The position numbers and the translations under genes are program-made. Below the pieces are notes generated by a model, which did no database searches, was not told where the DNA came from, and saw only the letters and a list, made by a program, of their open reading frames with translations. 64,000 nt of DNA from Deltaproteobacteria bacterium (lineage in GTDB: Bacteria; Desulfobacterota; Binatia; HRBIN30; CADEER01). The stretch spans positions 4,885-68,884 of the forward strand of contig JAJCZJ010000105.1 in NCBI GenBank assembly GCA_029262455.1, given 5' to 3'. Shown in pieces: positions 42,313-52,322 of the stretch (its first letter is position 1; every line of letters begins with the position of its first letter).

Positions 42313-44048
42313 CCTCAAACTGGCGACGCTTGATGGGCTACTTGCGTCCTTACGTCTGGCCGCACTTTGTCGGTGCGATCTTCTGCATGGTCTTCTTCGG
42401 CGCGACCAATGGAGTCATGCCGTTTCTGGTTCAATTCATCTTTGACGACATCTTCGACAACAAAGACGTCGAAGTACTGTGGGCTCTGCCGTTCGTCATC
42501 ATCGCCACGTTTCTGGTGCGCGGAATTTTCGCGTTTGGCAGTACGTATCTGAGCGAGTACGTCGGTCAGCGCATCGTCGCCGATCTCCGCAGCGAGCTCA
42601 ACGCCCACATCCAGAGCCTGTCGCAGAGCTATTTTGATCGCAACGCCACGGGCACGGTCGTGTCGAGGGTCGCCAATGACGTGTTCGTCGTCGGTGCTTC
42701 GTTGACCACGACGGTCGCGTCGATCCTGCGCGATACGGTTTCGCTCGTGGCCCTGGTCGCGGTGGCGTTTTACCAAGACTGGGTTCTTGCACTGATCGCG
42801 TTTGTCGCCTTTCCGGCGTCGGTCGGGCCGATCCTCGGGATGTCGAAAAGGCTGCGTGGTTTCGCCCGCAATGTCCAAGTATCTCTTGGGCGCCTGACGG
42901 CGTTGGTGCAGGAAACGGTGCAGGGGGGCCGCGTCGTCAAAGCGTTCGGCATGGAGCCATATGAGCGACGCCGCTTTGATGAGGAGACGGAGAGCTTGCG
43001 CGTCCTGGCGATGCGGGTGGTGAAAATCCGCGCCTTCACGTCTCCGATGATGGAGGTTTTGGCTGCGTTTGGGATCGCCGGTGTGGTCCTCTACGGTGGG
43101 CTGAGTGTCATCGAAGGTGAACGCACCCAGGGCGCGTTCATCGCCTTCTTGACCGCAATCTTCCTGCTCTACGATCCGTTCAAGAAGCTCGGCCGAGCCA
43201 ATAGCACTCTGCAGCAGGGGTTGGCGGCCGCGGACCGGGTCTTCGAGCTCCTCGATACGCGATCGGAAGTAGTCGAAAGCCCGGATGCGAGGGTGTTGGG
43301 GCCTTTCGAGAGTGAGATAGCCTTTGACCGCGTTGGCTTTCGCTATGACGCCGATCTCGTGCTCAACGACGTCTGCTTGAACATTCCGCGCGGTAGCGCG
43401 GTCGCTCTGGTCGGGCCCAGCGGCGGCGGCAAGAGCACTCTGGCTGATCTCTTGCTCCGCTTTTACGATGTTTCCGAAGGTGCGATCCGGATCGATGGGC
43501 ATGACCTGCGGGAAATTACCCAGGCCAGTCTGCGCTCTCAGATCGCTTTGGTGACCCAGCACACGTTTCTCTTCAACGACACAGTGCGCAACAACATCGG
43601 CTACGGTTTGGCTGGTACCAGCGAGGAGGCGATCGTTGCTGCCGCTCGTGCGGCCCACGCGGACCAGTTTATCCGCGAACTGCCGAAGGGGTATGATACC
43701 GAGATCGGTGAGCTCGGGCTGCGCCTGTCCGGCGGGCAGCGCCAACGCGTGGCGATTGCGCGAGCTTTGCTCAAGGACGCACCGATCCTGGTATTGGACG
43801 AAGCGACTTCGGCCCTCGACAACGAGTCCGAACGGTTGGTGCAAGAGGCTCTGGAAGTCTTGATGCGAGGCCGAACGAGCCTGGTGATTGCGCATCGACT
43901 TTCGACGATTCGGTCGGCGGACAAGATCGTCGTCTTGGTCCATGGTCAGATCATCGAGCAGGGGACTCACGAAGAATTATTGGCTCTCGATGCCGAGTAC
44001 CGCAAACTCTACGATTTGCAGTTCGCCGGTCGGTCGGGGGCTGCGTGA
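42309..44048 (+). CDS. msbA: Lipid A export ABC transporter MsbA (fused TMD-NBD)
   Basis: Six-TM exporter domain, Walker A GPSGGGKST, signature [16 protein letters not shown]. Located in the lpx cluster. Confidence 0.9.
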   Translation: MTSNWRRLMGYLRPYVWPHFVGAIFCMVFFGATNGVMPFLVQFIFDDIFDNKDVEVLWALPFVIIATFLVRGIFAFGSTYLSEYVGQRIVADLRSELNAHIQSLSQSYFDRNATGTVVSRVANDVFVVGASLTTTVASILRDTVSLVALVAVAFYQDWVLALIAFVAFPASVGPILGMSKRLRGFARNVQVSLGRLTALVQETVQGGRVVKAFGMEPYERRRFDEETESLRVLAMRVVKIRAFTSPMMEVLAAFGIAGVVLYGGLSVIEGERTQGAFIAFLTAIFLLYDPFKKLGRANSTLQQGLAAADRVFELLDTRSEVVESPDARVLGPFESEIAFDRVGFRYDADLVLNDVCLNIPRGSAVALVGPSGGGKSTLADLLLRFYDVSEGAIRIDGHDLREITQASLRSQIALVTQHTFLFNDTVRNNIGYGLAGTSEEAIVAAARAAHADQFIRELPKGYDTEIGELGLRLSGGQRQRVAIARALLKDAPILVLDEATSALDNESERLVQEALEVLMRGRTSLVIAHRLSTIRSADKIVVLVHGQIIEQGTHEELLALDAEYRKLYDLQFAGRSGAA

Positions 44049-44773
44049 GTGCTTCCGAGTCGCGTCCGGGTGGGTTGCGGTCGTCGCTGAGGCAGGCTTT
44101 GGCGGGGCTAGCACCGCCGGTGGCAACCGCAGTTCTGGGGTTGCTCAACTCGACCTATCGAGTCGAATTCGTTGGCGATGAACCGTTGATGAAGAGCGTC
44201 GCCGGTGGCGAGAGCGTTCTGATGTCTTTTTGGCATGGTAGCCTGGTTGCGATGGCGGTTGCGGCGCGCGCCAAGGGGATCCCGATCTGCATCTTGGTGA
44301 GCCAGCATCGCGATGGGGAAATTGCGTCACGGGTGTTGCGCAGGTGGGGCATCGATACGGTTCGGGGATCGGCGACGCGGGGCGGTGCTCAGGGCTTTCT
44401 CAGCTTGCTGCGCGCACACAGGCGCGGTTCGAACTTGGCGGTGGTTCCCGACGGCCCCAAGGGTCCGCCCAAAATTGCGAAGCTTGGTGTGGTGCACCTG
44501 GCGCGGACGACGGGGGCCCGGATGTTTCCACTCGCCTTCGAGGCGGATCGATTTTGGCGCCTGGGGAGTTGGGATCGCATGGTCGTGCCGAAGCCGTTTG
44601 CACGCATCACGATCGTCGTGGGCGACCCGATCACGGTGGCCCGCGACACGGCTGGCGAGGATCTCGAAACCGCCCGGTTGCGAATCGAAGCAAGCCTCAA
44701 CGACCTGGCGGCTGGAGTCGCGCGGCATCGGGATCTATTGGGCGCTGCGGAGCGGCCGGGGACTGAGGCGTGA
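44045..44773 (+). CDS. DUF374-like (lysophospholipid acyltransferase-like) protein commonly found upstream of waaA
   Basis: FWHGSLVAM...VVPDGPKGP block, and its position immediately upstream of waaA. Confidence 0.55.
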   Translation: MSASESRPGGLRSSLRQALAGLAPPVATAVLGLLNSTYRVEFVGDEPLMKSVAGGESVLMSFWHGSLVAMAVAARAKGIPICILVSQHRDGEIASRVLRRWGIDTVRGSATRGGAQGFLSLLRAHRRGSNLAVVPDGPKGPPKIAKLGVVHLARTTGARMFPLAFEADRFWRLGSWDRMVVPKPFARITIVVGDPITVARDTAGEDLETARLRIEASLNDLAAGVARHRDLLGAAERPGTEA

Positions 44774-46038
44774 GCGAACGACTTGCCTATGCGGGGTACG
44801 ATGCGTTGGGTTTGGTGCTTGCCGCGCTGGCAGTACCAGCCGCGCCGCTGCTTTGGTACCGCGGACTGACGGCAGGAGCATGCCAGCGCCTGGGGAGGGT
44901 GCCCGCGCCCGCCCAAGGTTTCGCGCAACGGCCGATTTGGTTGCACGCTGCCTCGGTCGGGGAAACTCTATCGGCCGTACCGCTTGTCGAAGCCCTACGC
45001 CGTTCTTGCGACTTGCCCCTCATCGTTTCCAATACGACGCTGACCGGGCGCGCGGTTGCGCGTCGCGAGCTATTGCCGGAAGTTTCGACGCTGCTTCCGA
45101 TCGATCCTCTGCGGATCGTGGATCGCGTCTTCCGACGCTTCCGTCCCAGGGTTTTGGTGATTGTAGAGACCGAGATATGGCCGGGTTTGTTGCGCGCCGC
45201 GCGCCGCAGCGGCACGGCGATTGTCGTGGTGAGCGGCCGGATGAGCGAACAGTCGCTGCGCCGCTACCAGTGGGCGAGCTCGCTGATTCGGGTTGCGCTG
45301 CGCGAGATCGATGCGTTCTGCATGCAGAGCGAAGCGGATGCGGACCGTGTTCGCCGGCTTGGTGCCTTGCCGGAACGAGTTTTTGTGACCGGCAGTCTCA
45401 AGGCTGTGCGTGCGGCCAATAAGGAGTGTCAGAAACAGGTCGGGTTTGGCGGTCGCCCTTACCTTGTCGCGGCCAGTACACACCCCGGAGAAGAGGCGTT
45501 GGTCCTCGCGGCGTGTCTCAGCATTTGGGAGCAGGGCGTGGAGTGCGTTCTAGTGCTCGCTCCGAGACGACCCGAGCGGTTCCCCGAAGTGGTTCGGATG
45601 CTCGAAGATTCCGGTCTGCGTTTCCAACGGCGCAGTGGCAGAGACGCAGACGTTGCTGCCGATACCAAGGTTCTGTTGGTCGATACCCTGGGTGAGCTGG
45701 CCAGCTTTTTCGGCGGTGCGACCGGAGTTTTCGTCGGTGGCTCAATCGCGGAGGTCGGTGGTCACAATGTACTGGAGCCGGCGATGGCTGGGGTCGCCGT
45801 CAGCTTTGGGCCGAACCTAGCCAACGTACGCGCCGAAGCGGATGCCCTGATGACTGCTGGCGGAGGTTTGCGGATCGGCTCAGCGACTGAACTGGCGGCG
45901 CACTGGTCCAAATTGATCACCGATCCGTCCGCAGCGGAAGCGACGGGAAAGCGGGCGGCAGCGGTAGCCGAGGATCGAGCGAATGCGTTGCCACGCACGC
46001 TGGAGCACGTCTTGCCCCTCGTCGAAGACGGCTCGTGA
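44770..46038 (+). CDS. waaA: 3-deoxy-D-manno-octulosonic acid (Kdo) transferase WaaA/KdtA
   Basis: N-terminal WLHAASVGE motif and the C-terminal GT-B fold region. Confidence 0.9.
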   Translation: MSERLAYAGYDALGLVLAALAVPAAPLLWYRGLTAGACQRLGRVPAPAQGFAQRPIWLHAASVGETLSAVPLVEALRRSCDLPLIVSNTTLTGRAVARRELLPEVSTLLPIDPLRIVDRVFRRFRPRVLVIVETEIWPGLLRAARRSGTAIVVVSGRMSEQSLRRYQWASSLIRVALREIDAFCMQSEADADRVRRLGALPERVFVTGSLKAVRAANKECQKQVGFGGRPYLVAASTHPGEEALVLAACLSIWEQGVECVLVLAPRRPERFPEVVRMLEDSGLRFQRRSGRDADVAADTKVLLVDTLGELASFFGGATGVFVGGSIAEVGGHNVLEPAMAGVAVSFGPNLANVRAEADALMTAGGGLRIGSATELAAHWSKLITDPSAAEATGKRAAAVAEDRANALPRTLEHVLPLVEDGS

Positions 46039-47150
46039 GTGCATCGGACTTCGTACGGGACCGGGCTTGGAAACGCTCCGATCCGGCTGGGCGGATCGTA
46101 GCGCTCCTGTTGCGGCCTCTGAGTTGGGTTTTTGGAGCGTTGATTGCGTTGCGATCCTTTGGCTTTCGGGTTGGCCTTCTGGCCAGTCATCCTGCTCCGA
46201 TCGCGGTCGTCAGTGTCGGAAACTTGAGTGTTGGAGGAACCGGCAAGACTCCCTTCGCTCTCTGGTTGGCGCGTCGGTTGCGCGATCGAGGACTTTCAAC
46301 CGCGATCGTTTCGCGAGGCTACCGGGGCAGCGCCAGGGGGGTCACGGTGGTATCGCACGGCGCCGGTGAAGTGCTTGCGGCCGAGTTGGTTGGTGACGAA
46401 CCCGCGATGATGGCGCGTAGTTTTGCCGGTGTCGTGGTGACCGCGGCGCGGCGGATCGACGGAGTTGCTGAAGCGGCGCGTCTCGGGTGTACGGTGGCGG
46501 TGCTCGACGACGGCTTTCAACACAGGAAATTGGCGCGCAACTTCGACATCGTGCTCTTCGACGGTAGCACCGGGCCGCTGTTGCCAGCGGGTCCGTTGCG
46601 CGAGGGGCCGTCGGCGTTGCGTCGGGCCGACGCAATCATTTTGACGCCCGCCGCAGACGGAGCGGCTGAGGCGCGGGTCCCTGCGGATGTGCCGGCGTTT
46701 CGAATGAAGCCCGAGGTCGTCGGGCTGGTGGAGTCGGTTGGCGGCGAATGGCAGTCCCGCACGACCGGGTGCTTGGCGGGTAAGAGAGTCGTTGCGATCG
46801 TCGGCATCGCCCATCCTGAGCGCTTCTATGAAACGATTCACGGTTGGGATGCAACGATCGAAGAAGTTTTCGAGTATCCGGATCACCACGAATACACGCG
46901 CTCGGATTGGCAGGAGATTTCGCGCCGCGGTCAGGCTTGCGATTTAATGGTCACGACGGAAAAAGACTTGGTTAAGCTGGAGAACTTCCCTTTTGCCCGA
47001 GGGATGTTGATGGCCTTGCGGATCGAACCGAGCGTCGATGGTGAAGAGCGCTTGTTTGAACTGATCTTGGCATCATTGCACGGGTCGCCTGTGGGTTCGT
47101 CGGGGAGTTCGTCAGAGGGCTCGTTTGAAGAGAGCGACGCCGCTGATTGA
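46035..47150 (+). CDS. lpxK: Tetraacyldisaccharide 4'-kinase LpxK
   Basis: P-loop VGNLSVGGTGKTP. Followed by a Trm112-like small ORF, the typical arrangement. Confidence 0.9.
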   Translation: MSASDFVRDRAWKRSDPAGRIVALLLRPLSWVFGALIALRSFGFRVGLLASHPAPIAVVSVGNLSVGGTGKTPFALWLARRLRDRGLSTAIVSRGYRGSARGVTVVSHGAGEVLAAELVGDEPAMMARSFAGVVVTAARRIDGVAEAARLGCTVAVLDDGFQHRKLARNFDIVLFDGSTGPLLPAGPLREGPSALRRADAIILTPAADGAAEARVPADVPAFRMKPEVVGLVESVGGEWQSRTTGCLAGKRVVAIVGIAHPERFYETIHGWDATIEEVFEYPDHHEYTRSDWQEISRRGQACDLMVTTEKDLVKLENFPFARGMLMALRIEPSVDGEERLFELILASLHGSPVGSSGSSSEGSFEESDAAD

Positions 47151-47203
47151 ACGTTGCAAGTCGTCGGACCCTCGGGTAGCCAGAGCAGTGGAAGGAGTAT
47201 GCC

Positions 47204-47377
47204 ATGCCGATCAGTGAAGATTTACTCGAGATCCTCGCCTGTCCCAAGTGTAAGGGCGATGTCGTTTTGACCGAGGCCGGTGACGGTCTGACCTGTGCGG
47301 CGTGCTCGCTGCGTTATCCGATCAAGGACGACATTCCCGTCATGTTGATTGATGAGGCGGAAAGTACCGCGTCCTGA
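47204..47377 (+). CDS. Trm112/YcaR-like (UPF0434) small zinc-ribbon protein
   Basis: MPISEDLLEILACPKCKGDVVLTEAGDGLTCAACSLRYPIKDDIPVMLIDEAE. GAAGGAG RBS. Not in the ORF track (57 aa) but found by direct reading. Confidence 0.85.
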   Translation: MPISEDLLEILACPKCKGDVVLTEAGDGLTCAACSLRYPIKDDIPVMLIDEAESTAS

Positions 47378-47436
47378 TTTACGGCTCGGGGCTTGTCTCG
47401 CCCGCCTGAGAATGTCCGCGCCGATTTGGACCTCCC

Positions 47437-48171
47437 TTGACTCAAGTCGATCTCGATCCGTTCGAACAACGTCGTCGGGGGCTCTCGCAGTTCTTGGTCC
47501 GCAGTGACATCGCCGATGATTTAGTCGGGCTTCTTGGGCTCTGGGCGTCCCGAGATTTACCGGCGCCGCGCCCTCTCTTGGGAGGGCGCGGCGGAGTCGG
47601 CCTCTACGATGCCGGCGAGCTGCGCGACGTAGTTGTTCGTCCGAGTCGGCGCGGCGGCTTTGTGGCCCGATTCAATCGAGAATTCTACTTTGGTTTTCGA
47701 CCCCGCGCCTTTCGCGAGGTGCGGAGGACCGAAATCCTGCGTCGCCGCGGTGTCCCGACAGTTGAGATGCTCGGGGCAGCCGTGCATTGGTCAGGGCCGG
47801 GCTGCTACCGTTCGGCCGTGGCCAGCGCCTATGCGGTCGGGGCAGTCAATCTGTGGGAGTTCCTGCGCGCTGCGAGTCCGTTGGACCGCGTCTTGGCCTG
47901 CGAAATCGCGGCTCGGTCAACGCGCGTGTTGCACGATTCTGGCGGCGTGCATCCGGATCTGAATCTGAAAAACTACCTCGTACGCCGGCGGCAAGGTGAG
48001 TTGGAGGTGTTGATCATTGATTGCGACCGGATCGTATTGCGCCACGTCGAGGCACGAGACCGCCAACACGCCTTTGATCGGCTGTGTAGGTCGATACGTC
48101 GGTTGGACCCGACCTCGGCGGTTCTGTCGCTCGAATGCGTCGAGGCACTGCGGCGAGTAGCCACCAAGTGA
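47437..48171 (+). CDS. Lipopolysaccharide kinase family protein (Kdo kinase KdkA/WaaP-like)
   Basis: Kinase catalytic-loop-like HPDLNLKNYLV, and the LPS-core gene context. Confidence 0.5.
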   Translation: MTQVDLDPFEQRRRGLSQFLVRSDIADDLVGLLGLWASRDLPAPRPLLGGRGGVGLYDAGELRDVVVRPSRRGGFVARFNREFYFGFRPRAFREVRRTEILRRRGVPTVEMLGAAVHWSGPGCYRSAVASAYAVGAVNLWEFLRAASPLDRVLACEIAARSTRVLHDSGGVHPDLNLKNYLVRRRQGELEVLIIDCDRIVLRHVEARDRQHAFDRLCRSIRRLDPTSAVLSLECVEALRRVATK

Positions 48172-48271
48172 AGGTCCTGGCCCAATCGGCAAAGCGTCTG
48201 CTTTCCCTTCGAAGTGTCCAAGAATGCGGCAGGGAGGCTGAATCTCGGCGAAGTCGCTCGAGGCTGAGGCG

Positions 48272-49144
48272 CTAGCTCGGGATCAGCAGGTAGTTGCGTC
48301 GCTCGCCGACGCGAAAGCCGAGGATGCAGTTTTCGAGCCACGAGAGAGCTCGTTGGTCGAGCTTGTCGTGTTTGCGCTGGGTCTCTGTCGGCTCAGCTGT
48401 CCAGTCGCATTGGGCGATTCGGTCTTGCATGACGCTCGGGTGTGTCCCGCGGTAGCGGATTCGTCCGTGTAGCTGGCCGTAGTCGTAGGCGCCGGGGGCG
48501 TGCTCGCGTTCGGCTTGCTCACTGCCGACATAGAGCGTTGCAAAAGCGCGATTCTTGGCTGACATCTGCAGTGGTGGTCTGACCCAGCCGTAGTGAAAGA
48601 CGCGTGCCTCTGCCGGCACAACTTGGATCTTTTCGCGGCCGCGGCGGAATCCTTGCGCGTCGTGCCACGAGTTGATCCCGACGTTGTTGCGAATCAGGCG
48701 GACCTCGCGGCGATACCATGGGTGGCAGTCGAGATAGTGGTCGTAGTCGGCGAAGAAGTGGCGGTACTCGAAAAGGAAGCCGTCGACCCGTTCGTCGTCG
48801 AGATAGGTCTCCGCCTTTTCGATGATCGTGGAGTAGTCGTCTTCGTGAAAGGCCTCGTCGGCTTGGACGTACAGCGCCCAGTCCCCGGTGCATGCGTCGA
48901 GCGCGATGTCTGTTTGCTCGGCGTTGATGGCGCCACGGACAAACTGACTTTCGTCCCAAACGGTCTCGATGATGCGAATTTTCGGGTCGTCGATCGAGCG
49001 CAGTAGCTCGGTCGTACCGTCGCGCGAGTTGCCGGCGGCAATGACGAATTCATCGCAAAGGGGAAGCGCCGAGCGAATCGACTCGACCACCGGATAGTAC
49101 AGGTCGATGGCGTTGCGCACGAAAGTGAAGCCGCTGATCCGCAT
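48272..49144 (-). CDS. Family 2 glycosyltransferase
   Basis: GT-A fold motifs (FVIAAGNSRDGT, DWALYVQADE). Start at MRISGFTFVRN. Confidence 0.75.
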   Translation of the reverse strand: MRISGFTFVRNAIDLYYPVVESIRSALPLCDEFVIAAGNSRDGTTELLRSIDDPKIRIIETVWDESQFVRGAINAEQTDIALDACTGDWALYVQADEAFHEDDYSTIIEKAETYLDDERVDGFLFEYRHFFADYDHYLDCHPWYRREVRLIRNNVGINSWHDAQGFRRGREKIQVVPAEARVFHYGWVRPPLQMSAKNRAFATLYVGSEQAEREHAPGAYDYGQLHGRIRYRGTHPSVMQDRIAQCDWTAEPTETQRKHDKLDQRALSWLENCILGFRVGERRNYLLIPS

Positions 49145-49214
49145 GGGTAAGTTCAACCTCGCGGAACTAGTGTTGTTGCGCAAGCAAACCGCGCGGGGCT
49201 ATTGTCGGGCCGTC

Positions 49215-50081
49215 ATGTTCTCGCGATACCGCTGGATAGCGCTCACGGCGGTTGCTGTTGGGATTCTGGTTGCGGCGAGCGCGACTGCGAACCGTGATGC
49301 GTCGACCTCTTTGATCGATCTCGCCCTGTCAGTGCTGGCGTTCGGTTCGTTGTGTGAGGTCGTCTTTCGTTGGTCTGCTGCGGTCAACGGGGAGCGCGCG
49401 GCGGCTGCTGCGGTCGTTCTGGTCGCGACTTGTCCCTTGTGGCTTGGAACCTTTGGCCTATGGGACTTCCAATTGCCCGCGGCTCTAGCGATGCTTTCTC
49501 TCTATTGGCTGAATCGCTACGCCTACGACCCGTCGATCGCTGTAGCTCTGGGAATAGGGGTGGCGGCAGGCTTCAGTGGCTACCACGGGGTCTGGATAAT
49601 GTTTGTGGCCTATATTGCTGGGGGGCTTCGAGTGATTCGCCCATCTCGCCACGAATCGTGGGGGCGTGTGATTCTGGCGACCATAACTCTGGTCGGCATC
49701 GTCTGGGGACTACTTCTAGCATTCGGGAAGTGGGTGTTGGTGTATCTGCCGAAGAGTTGGCCGGAAGGTGAGTTGTCCCTCCTGGTGATCCCTGTCGGGA
49801 TCCTGGTGCCGCTGGTACTACGGCCCTGGCGAAATCAGAGGATCTTTTCTGACTGGCTTGCCATTGGAGCGGTGGCAACGATCGTGATGATGCCACGCAG
49901 CCTCAATCCGGGTTCTCTCAGCACCGCGGTGGCTCCGTTGGCCGTCCTTGCGTCGGCGACGTGGGACCGGGCCGAGCCGGCGAGTGACTGGCGCCGACGT
50001 GTCTCGATCGCAGCCATCGTAGTTCAAATTGTAGTGGTGGCCTGGGCCTGTTTGTCGGGGCAGCGGTGGACTCTTAGTTGA
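49215..50081 (+). CDS. Hypothetical polytopic membrane protein (possible LPS/O-antigen-related)
   Basis: Eight or more hydrophobic helices. Its position among LPS-core glycosyltransferase genes suggests an LPS-related role. Confidence 0.45.
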   Translation: MFSRYRWIALTAVAVGILVAASATANRDASTSLIDLALSVLAFGSLCEVVFRWSAAVNGERAAAAAVVLVATCPLWLGTFGLWDFQLPAALAMLSLYWLNRYAYDPSIAVALGIGVAAGFSGYHGVWIMFVAYIAGGLRVIRPSRHESWGRVILATITLVGIVWGLLLAFGKWVLVYLPKSWPEGELSLLVIPVGILVPLVLRPWRNQRIFSDWLAIGAVATIVMMPRSLNPGSLSTAVAPLAVLASATWDRAEPASDWRRRVSIAAIVVQIVVVAWACLSGQRWTLS

Positions 50082-51096
50082 GCGCGTCTTCCACTTTGCT
50101 GACGACGTCCGCTACTTCGATCCGCTCCATGAGGTGGCGACCTTTTACGCGCGGTCCCCAAGGTAGCTCGGTCCACGGCTTGCCGAATTGCTCCAAGACT
50201 GCCTGATCGTAGACGGACACGACGCGATCGCGGTCGTTGTACGGGCCTGTCCGGCGTGGGTTGCTGTGCGCGTAGAGGCCGATCACGGGTGTGCCGACGG
50301 TTGTAGCCATATGGGCGGGGCCGGTGTCTGGTGCGATCATCAGCTGGGCCTCGGCGGCGAGGGCGCGCAACTGTTTCAACGTAGTACGGCCGACGTAGTC
50401 GTCGCTGATACAAGTCGCAGACGATAGGACTTCGTCGGTGAGTTGTCGGTCGAGGGGGGCTGGGCCGCCGCAGAGTACAACGCGCAGGCCGCGGTCGGTC
50501 AGGTGTTGAGCGACGGCGCCGTAACGATCCGCTAGCCAATTTCGTTCGGCGCTGCTCGCCGCTGCGTTGATGATTGCGAACGGCCCCAAGCGGTCGGCTT
50601 CGGTGCGAGCCCAGTCTCGATCACTTGATGAGATAGGGAGATCCCAGATGGGGCGTCCCGTGGCGGTTGCGCCGATCGCTTCGGCGAAGCCCATAAATCC
50701 GTCGAGTACGTGCGGGTGTTGCATCGCCGCGACGCGTTCGCGCGCGAAGAGCCAGTGCAACTCGCGGCTGCGCGCCCAGTCGAAGCCGATGCGGCGATCT
50801 GCGTGGATGAAAGTGGCGGCGAGGTTGGCGCGGAAGGCTGTCTGCATCAGGAGCAGTGCGTCGAATCTCTCGCCGGCGAGTGTGGCTCGAAGGTCGCTGT
50901 AGGCTTGGCGACCGCGCTTCTTGTCGAAGGTGACGAAGCGTACCCCTGGCATATCCCGCACCAACGAGTGCTCGACCGAGCCGATGACCCAGGTGATGGC
51001 GCTGTCGGGGTACCTGCTGCGAATCCGGTGGACGGCGGCGGCGGCGTGGCATACGTCGCCGATCCCGGACAGCCGCAGGACGCAAATACGATTCAC
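50074..51096 (-). CDS. Family 9 glycosyltransferase (ADP-heptose:LPS heptosyltransferase)
   Basis: N-terminal ICVLRLSGIGDVCHAAAAV and C-terminal MIAPDTGPAHMATTVGTPVIGLY motifs. Confidence 0.85.
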   Translation of the reverse strand: MNRICVLRLSGIGDVCHAAAAVHRIRSRYPDSAITWVIGSVEHSLVRDMPGVRFVTFDKKRGRQAYSDLRATLAGERFDALLLMQTAFRANLAATFIHADRRIGFDWARSRELHWLFARERVAAMQHPHVLDGFMGFAEAIGATATGRPIWDLPISSSDRDWARTEADRLGPFAIINAAASSAERNWLADRYGAVAQHLTDRGLRVVLCGGPAPLDRQLTDEVLSSATCISDDYVGRTTLKQLRALAAEAQLMIAPDTGPAHMATTVGTPVIGLYAHSNPRRTGPYNDRDRVVSVYDQAVLEQFGKPWTELPWGPRVKGRHLMERIEVADVVSKVEDALN

Positions 51097-51289
51097 CTAG
51101 TTGGTCTCCAAGCTCGCAGGTTGATTGGCGAGGGTTGGATACGCGAGAGTAGCCGCATCGAGCGACCGTAGACTGTCCAGAGCCCGGAGCCAATCGCTTG
51201 CGCAGCCTGCTCTTGGTGCGGGCTCGAAGCCGTCGGCAGTTCCGGGTACAGTCGCAGAGATTTCGTCGGCGAGATAGAAAGAGGGGGTT

Positions 51290-52309
51290 GTGGGAGCTGT
51301 TCTCAAAGGAAGGATGAGTCGTCCGGAGGGCTGGATTCGGCGCTTTTCCGGGTGCCGTGTCTTGGTCGTCGGTGATCTCATGCTGGATCACTTTGTTTGG
51401 GGCGACGTGACCCGCGTCTCGCCCGAGGCGCCGGTCCCGGTGGTACGGGTGAGACGCGAGAGCTACCGGCTCGGTGGTGCTGCGAATGTCATGAGCAACC
51501 TGCGCTCGCTCGGCGGCGAGGTGCTCGCGTGCGGTGTCATTGGAGCCGACCAGGCGGGGCGTGAGTTGCTGCAATTGCTGCTCGATTTGGAGATCGACGC
51601 TGAGGGGATCTACCGGGCGCGGGATGCCGGGACGATCCGCAAGACGCGGGTGCTGGCGCAGCAACAGCAGATGGTACGTCTCGACCGTGAGGACGACGCG
51701 ATAGCGGACAGCTCGGCGGCGGCGCGCGCCCGCGGCTACCTGTTGGCGAACCTTTGGGCGGCTGATGTGGTCATCTTGTCCGATTACGGCAAGGGGATGA
51801 TCACACCCGAACTCCTCGAGACTTTGTCGGAAGTTCGCAAGAAGCGGCCGTTTCAGCTGGTGATCGACCCGAAGGATGCTAATTTTTCAGCTTACGCTGG
51901 CGCGAGTCTAGTCACACCGAATCGCGACGAAGCGAGTCGGGCCTCTGGCGTCGAGATTCGCGACCTAGCGTCGCTCGAGAGGGCTGGGCGAATCTTGTTG
52001 GAGCGCTGGCGCGCCGATTCGGTGCTCATTACGCGTGGTGAAGAAGGCATGAGCTTGTTCTGTACCGGTGTCGAGACGCGCCACTTTCCTACTGTCGCGC
52101 GGCGGGTTTTTGACGTCACTGGGGCGGGAGATACGGTCGTCGCGACTTGTTCATTGGCGCTGGCGGCGGGGGCGGACTTGCCAACCGCAGCGGTCCTGGC
52201 GAATCATGCAGCGGGTCTGGTCGTCGGTGAAGTTGGGACGGCGGCAGTTTCGGCGGCAGAGTTGCGCGAAGATCTGCGCCAGCGGGCGATTGCGCCGGCA
52301 AGGAAGTGA
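51290..52309 (+). CDS. hldA: D-glycero-beta-D-manno-heptose-7-phosphate kinase (RfaE domain I; pfkB family), stand-alone
   Basis: VLVVGDLMLDHFVWGDVTRVSPEAPVPVV... and C-terminal VFDVTGAGDTVVA, typical of the HldE kinase domain. Confidence 0.8.
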   Translation: MGAVLKGRMSRPEGWIRRFSGCRVLVVGDLMLDHFVWGDVTRVSPEAPVPVVRVRRESYRLGGAANVMSNLRSLGGEVLACGVIGADQAGRELLQLLLDLEIDAEGIYRARDAGTIRKTRVLAQQQQMVRLDREDDAIADSSAAARARGYLLANLWAADVVILSDYGKGMITPELLETLSEVRKKRPFQLVIDPKDANFSAYAGASLVTPNRDEASRASGVEIRDLASLERAGRILLERWRADSVLITRGEEGMSLFCTGVETRHFPTVARRVFDVTGAGDTVVATCSLALAAGADLPTAAVLANHAAGLVVGEVGTAAVSAAELREDLRQRAIAPARK

Positions 52310-52322
52310 GAGGAGGCGGGGT

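Noticed and set aside
39033-43970. Antisense ORFs 39033-40427(-) and 42315-43970(-) opposite lpxA/lpxI and msbA
   Set aside because: Same reasoning. The sense-strand genes have unambiguous family motifs.
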